Origin: Candidatus Heimdallarchaeota archaeon
GTDB lineage: Archaea; Asgardarchaeota; Heimdallarchaeia; Heimdallarchaeales; Heimdallarchaeaceae
Assembly (NCBI GenBank): GCA_030668875.1
Contig: DAOVER010000004.1
Coordinates: 60,001-92,000 of the forward strand
Reading direction: 5' to 3'
DNA length: 32,000 bases
In this document: positions 26,674-32,000 of the stretch, piece after piece
Layout of the letters: every line of letters begins with the position of its first letter
Numbering within the stretch: the stretch's first letter is position 1
Program-made: the position numbers and the translations under genes
The notes under the pieces: generated by a model
What the model was told of the DNA's origin: nothing
Databases searched by the model: none
Seen by the model: the letters and a program-made list of their open reading frames with translations, nothing else

Positions 26674-27659
26674 TTCTTGAAATGTGGGTTAAAAATTTCT
26701 TTCAGAATACCTATGCTCCACCACACATGCCCTTCTATAAACATAATGGGTAACAAATAGAAAAATGTGGGTTGCTTAAAGCGCATTGTCTGTACAATTG
26801 TAGCTATTAGAATTGTAAGTAAATAAGCACCATAGTATCCTATAACGATCCATCCACACCACAAGTTTACTAATAGCAAAGACAGAAGGAAAAGACCTGA
26901 TACAAAGTAAATGGGTGGTAAAAGATGCCATATCTCTAACCCTGTTTTGTGCAGTCTGTAGAATTGTATTTTTCCTAATGCATATTTTTTTGACTTGTTT
27001 CGAACTGATTTATGATTTTGAGGACGTTGATGATATACTATAGCATCTGGGATAAATAAAATTGAATAACCTTTCTGAATTAATCTAAAATTAATATCCG
27101 TGTCCTCAGCTGTAATTAATGATTCATTAAATGGTAGTACCTCATTTAAAGCTGCTCTCATATATGCGGCATTGCATCCAGCAGCACTTTCAACTAATCG
27201 TTTTTCTTTGTTAAATATACTTTGAACTTGTTCAGACCATTTTCCTCCCAAAAACGTATTATAAATTGCGCTTACAGCTTTCCCAAAAACACTCTCATTA
27301 GGATATTCAATATTTGGTCCAGTTACGCACACAATCTTCTCATCTTGAGTTTCCTCAAAAGCGCCGACTAGTTTTTCTAACCAATTTTCCTTAGCTATAA
27401 CATCCGAGTCAGTAAATGCCACAATCTCTCCTTGTGAAATCTCTAAGGCTTTATTACAAGCTGCTGACCTAGACCCACCATCTTCATATGTAATTGTACA
27501 ATTGAATTCTTTTGCGATATCAATTGATCCATCGGTAGAATGACCATCTGAGATGATGATTTCCAGTGGTTTAAAGGTTTGTTTAACTATAGATTGTAGA
27601 CATGCCTGAAGTGTTTTTGCGTTATTGTATGTGGGGATAACCACAGAGACAGTTTTCAT
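26670..27659 (-). CDS. GT2 (GT-A) glycosyltransferase with C-terminal TM helices
   Basis: VSVVIPTYN, DGHSTDGS, FTDSD (DxD), AEDTDINFRL; three hydrophobic helices at the C-terminus. Confidence 0.92.
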   Translation of the reverse strand: MKTVSVVIPTYNNAKTLQACLQSIVKQTFKPLEIIISDGHSTDGSIDIAKEFNCTITYEDGGSRSAACNKALEISQGEIVAFTDSDVIAKENWLEKLVGAFEETQDEKIVCVTGPNIEYPNESVFGKAVSAIYNTFLGGKWSEQVQSIFNKEKRLVESAAGCNAAYMRAALNEVLPFNESLITAEDTDINFRLIQKGYSILFIPDAIVYHQRPQNHKSVRNKSKKYALGKIQFYRLHKTGLEIWHLLPPIYFVSGLFLLSLLLVNLWCGWIVIGYYGAYLLTILIATIVQTMRFKQPTFFYLLPIMFIEGHVWWSIGILKEIFNPHFKK

Positions 27660-27664
27660 TCGTA

Positions 27665-28189
27665 TTAATCATTAGATTTCATTATTATTAATTCTTCCTT
27701 CAAAAAATGCTTCTTCTTATAACCCCCGGATTCATACATGACACTTTGGTAATCAAATACAATTTCAGGTTTAGTACCTAAATATTCGTGGACAATTATT
27801 TCAGCTTTTTGAAGTAATCTTTCTGTCCCCTTTTTTTCTGTAAGTGCACAATACCATACATACCATCTAAGCCTATACTCTTTTTCTCCCTCAGGCTTGA
27901 TTTTTACAAAAAGAGGAAATAGCTTACAATCAAGAGGACGATTTTCATAGATGCAACATAAACCTTTATCTGAAAGAAAATAGCAGTCAATCAAATTTTC
28001 CTTTTTACTTACAACTCGAATATTATTTTTCCCATTAATAGTTTTGAACCAGTTTTTTTCTTTTGTAATTGCTTGAATTCTGCTGAAATCTTCTTTTGTC
28101 AATGCAGGTGGGGTGCTGCGGCAACACTTGCTCCCACATACTATACTACATGTTTTTTCATCAGACGCTTTTTCCATAGAATCAACCAA
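27665..28189 (-). CDS. YkgJ family cysteine-cluster (Zn or Fe-S) protein
   Basis: CSIVCGSKCC ... CYFL...GLCCIYENRPLDCKLFP. Confidence 0.85.
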   Translation of the reverse strand: MVDSMEKASDEKTCSIVCGSKCCRSTPPALTKEDFSRIQAITKEKNWFKTINGKNNIRVVSKKENLIDCYFLSDKGLCCIYENRPLDCKLFPLFVKIKPEGEKEYRLRWYVWYCALTEKKGTERLLQKAEIIVHEYLGTKPEIVFDYQSVMYESGGYKKKHFLKEELIIMKSND

Positions 28190-28212
28190 TTTTTCTTATC
28201 ACAAGTTCTTGA

Positions 28213-29502
28213 CTAACTATCGGTTTCAAAATTGAAAGCTTCTTTAACCATATCTTCCACATTATCAGCCTTTTTAATAATTCTAATTTGCCCCACTTCA
28301 TCTAATTCATATACAGCAGGACGAGGATATCCGAATTGTTCACTCATTGAAAGCGTATATGCTCCACAATTGAGAACCGTTATTTGATCTCCTTCATCAA
28401 TTTGATAGCTCACAGATTCATTTGAAATCACATCGACTGGGAGACATAGAGGACCCCCAATTCTGCAGTATGGGCCCTCCCCTTTATTTTGACCTGGAAC
28501 TGCTAGGTAATGTGAATATCGCATTGGTATAAGTGAATTGGCTCCAATATCAATAAATGCCCACTTTCTTCCCCATGAGCTCTTTGTTCGTAAAACTTTA
28601 GCAACGGCAACAAAACTATCCTCCACCAAATATCTACCTGGTTCAAGAATAATTGTCATATCATCAACATTTTCAATACTTGTTGAAATCTGCTCAGCAT
28701 ATCGATTTAGATCAAAACCATTTGAATCAAGCGTGCTTTTACTTGCAAGTCCACCTCCAAGGTTCAAATGTTCTATCTCGATCCCATGTTTATTCACTAG
28801 TTCCTTGATGTATTTATTCATAAAAACTAATAATTCTTCATAAAATGAATGAGAAATAAGATTGGTCCCAACATGAACATGAACACCAGTAGGTTCAAGA
28901 TGAGGACTTTTTTTAGCAAACTTGTAAAGTTTTATTGCTCTTTCGTAATCTATTCCTAATTTACTATTCTTCTTGATAAGCAATTTCTTTTCTGTTTCCT
29001 CACTTAACAAAGGATGAATTCTAATTGTAATTTCTTGTTTCATCTCTTTTGCTTTAGCAATATTTTCTATGTTTTGAAGTTCATTCATAGATTCAATGTT
29101 CAAATATTGAATCCCTTTTGTCATAGCTAATTCTAATTCTTGCGCTGTTTTTGCTGGTCCATTAAACACAATTTGCTTAAAATTGAATCCTGCTTTCTCC
29201 GCTAATAACAACTCAAAAAGGGACATAGCTTCAGCATTCATGTTCAAAGATTTCGCGTGCTGAAGAACTCGACCTAAGTAATTTGCCTTGATTGCATATG
29301 AAATGTGTGATTTAGCAACATGTTTACTCAAAGCTGTTTTCAATTGATTATAATTGTGTTCAAAACGTTCAGGTAGATAAAGAAAGAACGGCGTAGCCAT
29401 TTTTTCTGCAATATCTAAAGACGATTTCTTGTTAATGTGAAGAAGATTTTCCTCATACTTAAGATACGGATAATGTTTAATTTTATCTTCAATTTCCTTC
29501 AT
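28213..29502 (-). CDS. Fold-type III PLP-dependent decarboxylase (LysA/ornithine decarboxylase superfamily), substrate uncertain
   Basis: TPFFLY, YAIKAN (PLP Lys), FNGPAKT, SKLGI, HVHVGT, NLGGG, LEPGRYLV, GPLC, GAY. Confidence 0.9.
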   Translation of the reverse strand: MKEIEDKIKHYPYLKYEENLLHINKKSSLDIAEKMATPFFLYLPERFEHNYNQLKTALSKHVAKSHISYAIKANYLGRVLQHAKSLNMNAEAMSLFELLLAEKAGFNFKQIVFNGPAKTAQELELAMTKGIQYLNIESMNELQNIENIAKAKEMKQEITIRIHPLLSEETEKKLLIKKNSKLGIDYERAIKLYKFAKKSPHLEPTGVHVHVGTNLISHSFYEELLVFMNKYIKELVNKHGIEIEHLNLGGGLASKSTLDSNGFDLNRYAEQISTSIENVDDMTIILEPGRYLVEDSFVAVAKVLRTKSSWGRKWAFIDIGANSLIPMRYSHYLAVPGQNKGEGPYCRIGGPLCLPVDVISNESVSYQIDEGDQITVLNCGAYTLSMSEQFGYPRPAVYELDEVGQIRIIKKADNVEDMVKEAFNFETDS

Positions 29503-29613
29503 TTCATCACACTGATTTTTTTTCGATACAAGGAGATATATGTTTTTATTATTTGTTCTAATTACTAATATCTTTTCTTTGAAATTGAAAAATTTTGCCT
29601 TCTAATTGAAAAA

Positions 29614-29621
29614 TTATTAAA
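29614..29621 (+). promoter_or_regulatory. Candidate BRE/TATA (GAAAAA-TTATTAAA) for a leaderless transcript of the BpsA-like gene
   Basis: TATA-like element ends about 24 nt before ATG 29645 and is preceded by a purine run. Confidence 0.4.
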
Positions 29622-29644
29622 GCTTTGATTATCTAGTCATACTG

Positions 29645-30805
29645 ATGAATGAATTAACCTTTCTTGAGCAACTAAGTGAAGTTACCAAAAATGTAGCAAT
29701 AAAAGAGGGACTCGTTGGCATCTTACGTAACTTGGCGGTTATTTCTCGCTTTCCTGAAGAACCGATGCGTAAAGTCGCTCAAGAAAGCAATTTACCCGTT
29801 CCAATATGTGTGGCCATTCGAAATGAGTTTGAGAAACTTGGTTGGGTATCAAGGGGAAAGAAAGGTGCTTTCCTCACACCATTAGGACAAGATGTTTTCA
29901 ATTCTCACGGTGGTTTTAATGAGAGACATGAATGCATCAAATGCAGTGGAACCGGTATAACTATTCCGTATTCAAAGTTTCAGAAAGAACTGGAAGCGAT
30001 GAAAAGGTATGGTAATATGAGAGGTAAACCATTCACTCAATTAGATCAATCGTTCGCGACTCCTAGAACCAGTCTGGCAAGAATATTCTATATGATTCAA
30101 AATTATGATCTTACTAGAAGAAACTTTGCCTTTTTGGGTGATAGTGATTTGACAAGTATTGCTTTAGCTATGTTTGCTAACAAATCATCTAGAATTGTAG
30201 TTTTTGATGTGGATAAGCGACTAAAGGCGATTATAGAATCTGCAAATCAAGAAAATAGTGTTCAAATAGAATTCATTGAACATGATTTAAGAAACCCTAT
30301 CCCTCCAGAATATCTAAAAAAGTTCGATTGTATTTCCACTGATCCACCATATACTCTACACGGGCTGAATTTATTTATCTCGCGTGGTCTAACCCTACTT
30401 TCAGATAAACACAATGGAGTAGGATATCTTTCATTTGGTGTGAAGCCCTCAAACGAAATCTTAGAATTGGAGAAAAGCTTAATCCAGATGAATTGCGCGA
30501 TAACTCACATAGTTCCAAACTTCAATAAATACATTGGAGCTCAGAAATTGGGTGGTGTATCCAGTTTGTATAGATTCGAAATTATTCCCCCAGCTACACC
30601 ATTGATAAAGGATGTGTATAACTCCTCTCTTTACACAGGAGATATTAACCCAATAATTCGTACATATGAGTGTCTAAATTGTAAGTCCGATATTGATGTT
30701 GGGATTAATCAGTTATTTTCAACAATTGAAGAACTAAAAACTAAAGGGTGTCCTTATTGCAATCATGAGTTTTTTTCTAAAGTAAGCGAGAGAAAAATGG
30801 AATGA
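29645..30805 (+). CDS. BpsA/DUF43-like (branched-chain polyamine synthase-fold) aminopropyltransferase-like protein with extra CxxC motifs
   Basis: LDQSFATP...R, FLGDSDLTSIALA, VVFDVDKRL, HDLRNPIP, FDCISTDPPYT..G..LFISRG: the DUF43 pattern. CIKC near the N-terminus; CLNC...CPYC at the C-terminus. Confidence 0.8.
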   Translation: MNELTFLEQLSEVTKNVAIKEGLVGILRNLAVISRFPEEPMRKVAQESNLPVPICVAIRNEFEKLGWVSRGKKGAFLTPLGQDVFNSHGGFNERHECIKCSGTGITIPYSKFQKELEAMKRYGNMRGKPFTQLDQSFATPRTSLARIFYMIQNYDLTRRNFAFLGDSDLTSIALAMFANKSSRIVVFDVDKRLKAIIESANQENSVQIEFIEHDLRNPIPPEYLKKFDCISTDPPYTLHGLNLFISRGLTLLSDKHNGVGYLSFGVKPSNEILELEKSLIQMNCAITHIVPNFNKYIGAQKLGGVSSLYRFEIIPPATPLIKDVYNSSLYTGDINPIIRTYECLNCKSDIDVGINQLFSTIEELKTKGCPYCNHEFFSKVSERKME

Positions 30806-30836
30806 TTTTAAAAGTACAACTCAGATATAAGAAATA

Positions 30837-31511
30837 ATGAGGATTTTAGATGAAATTTATCTTATTCCAAGTTTTGTCAATTGCTATTTGATAGAACGAG
30901 AACAGTACTCTGTTCTAATAGATACTGGAATGAGTAAAAAGGCAAAAGATGTGATCCAAACAATTAAATCTTTTTGCTCGGATAAACCCCTTAAAGGCAT
31001 AATTATTACTCACGCTCACCAAGATCATATGGCCGGACTAGAAACTCTAGGACAGTTGTATGGTTCAATAGTAATAGCACATAAAGAGGAAAGCGACTAT
31101 ATAATGAAAATAAAAGACATGCCAACAAAAGAGGGTTTTTCTGGAAAAACATTTTCTTTATTAAGTAAAATGTTTTCTTCATCTAGCTATACCGTTGATC
31201 AGGTTGTTACTGATTACGAAGTAATCTATGGGTTGAAGGTTTTCCATCTCCCCGGTCACACACCAGGAAGCATAGCTTTGGAAGATATAGAGAATCACGC
31301 ATTGTTCTGTAGCGATATACTAAACACTGATAAGAAGGGTACGAAATTGATACCTCCAAGCAAGAGATTCGCTCTGGATTATGAACAAGCTCTAAAATCT
31401 TCTATCAAATTGCTCAAGGAATCAAAACCAAGTGTGATATTGCCTGGTCATGGAGCTCCACTTTTTGAACCAGAAGAAGCAATAAAAGAATATTTAGAAA
31501 AATATAATTAG
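30837..31511 (+). CDS. Metallo-beta-lactamase-fold hydrolase
   Basis: LIDTG, THAHQDH (HxHxDH), HLPGHTPGS, CSD, PGHG. Confidence 0.92.
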   Translation: MRILDEIYLIPSFVNCYLIEREQYSVLIDTGMSKKAKDVIQTIKSFCSDKPLKGIIITHAHQDHMAGLETLGQLYGSIVIAHKEESDYIMKIKDMPTKEGFSGKTFSLLSKMFSSSSYTVDQVVTDYEVIYGLKVFHLPGHTPGSIALEDIENHALFCSDILNTDKKGTKLIPPSKRFALDYEQALKSSIKLLKESKPSVILPGHGAPLFEPEEAIKEYLEKYN

Positions 31512-31519
31512 GTGTAAAT

Positions 31520-32000
31520 GTGTCTCGAAAATCGTTTTTCATTCCTGCAATAATCATTGGGCAACTACTTCTAGTGTTCCTAATTTTATATTTCAATGTG
31601 GGTATGTATGGATTTGATGCGTATATTCATTTACAGTATGTTGATTCTATTCTAGGAAACCAACACATAATTGAATTGGATGTTGCAAAATCATATTACG
31701 ATTTTATCGGTTTTCATGTGTTTGCATCAGCTTTATCTGCATTAACAGGATTGAAACCAAGCATTATCTTTGAATTTGTTAGTATAATGGTTCCCATATT
31801 ACTCTTTGACTTTTCAATAATTGCCTTCATTCGTCATCTAGAAAAGAAAAAAAAGGGCTATACCTCTCACAGCTTTAATCTCAGATATTTTGCACTGATA
31901 CTCCTCTTCCCATCAATCATTGGGATTCAGATGTTCTTGGGTCGACCAAATACTTTGGGAATAGGTTTGTTTAGTTTGTGTTTGTATCTGTATTTGTGCA
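31520..32000 (+). CDS. Polytopic membrane protein, GT-C-like (5' part only, runs off the window)
   Basis: Not in the ORF track. Manual translation from GTG 31520 (AGGTG RBS) is open to the window end: VSRKSFFIPAIIIGQLLLVFLILYFNVGMYGFDAYIHLQYVDSILG...GFHVFASALSALTG...GRPNTLGIG. The G.D...H...V..I pattern after TM1 is typical of GT-C loop 1. Confidence 0.65.
   Translation, partial: MSRKSFFIPAIIIGQLLLVFLILYFNVGMYGFDAYIHLQYVDSILGNQHIIELDVAKSYYDFIGFHVFASALSALTGLKPSIIFEFVSIMVPILLFDFSIIAFIRHLEKKKKGYTSHSFNLRYFALILLFPSIIGIQMFLGRPNTLGIGLFSLCLYLYLC

Noticed and set aside
28213-29502. Plain lysA (diaminopimelate decarboxylase) call
   Set aside because: The DAP-binding C-E and RPxLY elements are altered, and the neighbours are glycosyltransferases rather than lysine biosynthesis genes.
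9747-31596. Remaining short antisense or nested ORFs in the track (e.g. 9747, 10869, 12022, 14638, 16785, 20397, 22721, 25069, 25607, 28538, 31414)
   Set aside because: Each lies within or opposite a longer gene with clear family motifs and shows no motif of its own.
1-32000. CRISPR arrays, IS elements/transposases, rRNA or tRNA genes
   Set aside because: No regularly spaced repeats, transposase motifs, terminal inverted repeats or GC-rich structured RNA stretches were seen by eye; nearly all sequence is accounted for by protein genes. A tRNAscan/Infernal run would confirm.

Overview
AT-rich, densely coding archaeal chromosome segment. It is most likely from an Asgard archaeon, inferred from a ribophorin I/Ost1 homologue, a long-type archaeal FKBP, Trm112, DUF1616 proteins, an archaeosortase-family protein and GGTG/GGAG-type ribosome-binding sites. 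Left part: FKBP (cut by the window edge, missing from the ORF track), HD hydrolase, metallophosphoesterase, a split DUF1616 trio, and a bacterial/eukaryote-type MetK interrupted at its GGGAF|SGKD motif by a 448-aa LAGLIDADG intein with an atypical block B. Middle: sugar-phosphate nucleotidyltransferase, Trm112, ribophorin I, and a deoC-mutS-mutL-E1-like-Yip1 run. Right third: a cell-surface glycosylation island containing a Gfo/Idh/MocA oxidoreductase, DUF362, a WbpD-like acetyltransferase, an archaeosortase, two GT4s, a GT2, an ArnD-like deacylase and a partial GT-C-like protein. At its core is a divergent pair, a non-canonical LysA-fold PLP decarboxylase and a BpsA-fold aminopropyltransferase-like protein with an altered catalytic motif. 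I hypothesise that this pair performs SAM-dependent aminopropylation of a glycan or lipid. No rRNA, tRNA, CRISPR array or IS element was recognised. All family calls come from motifs read by eye; no database search was run.
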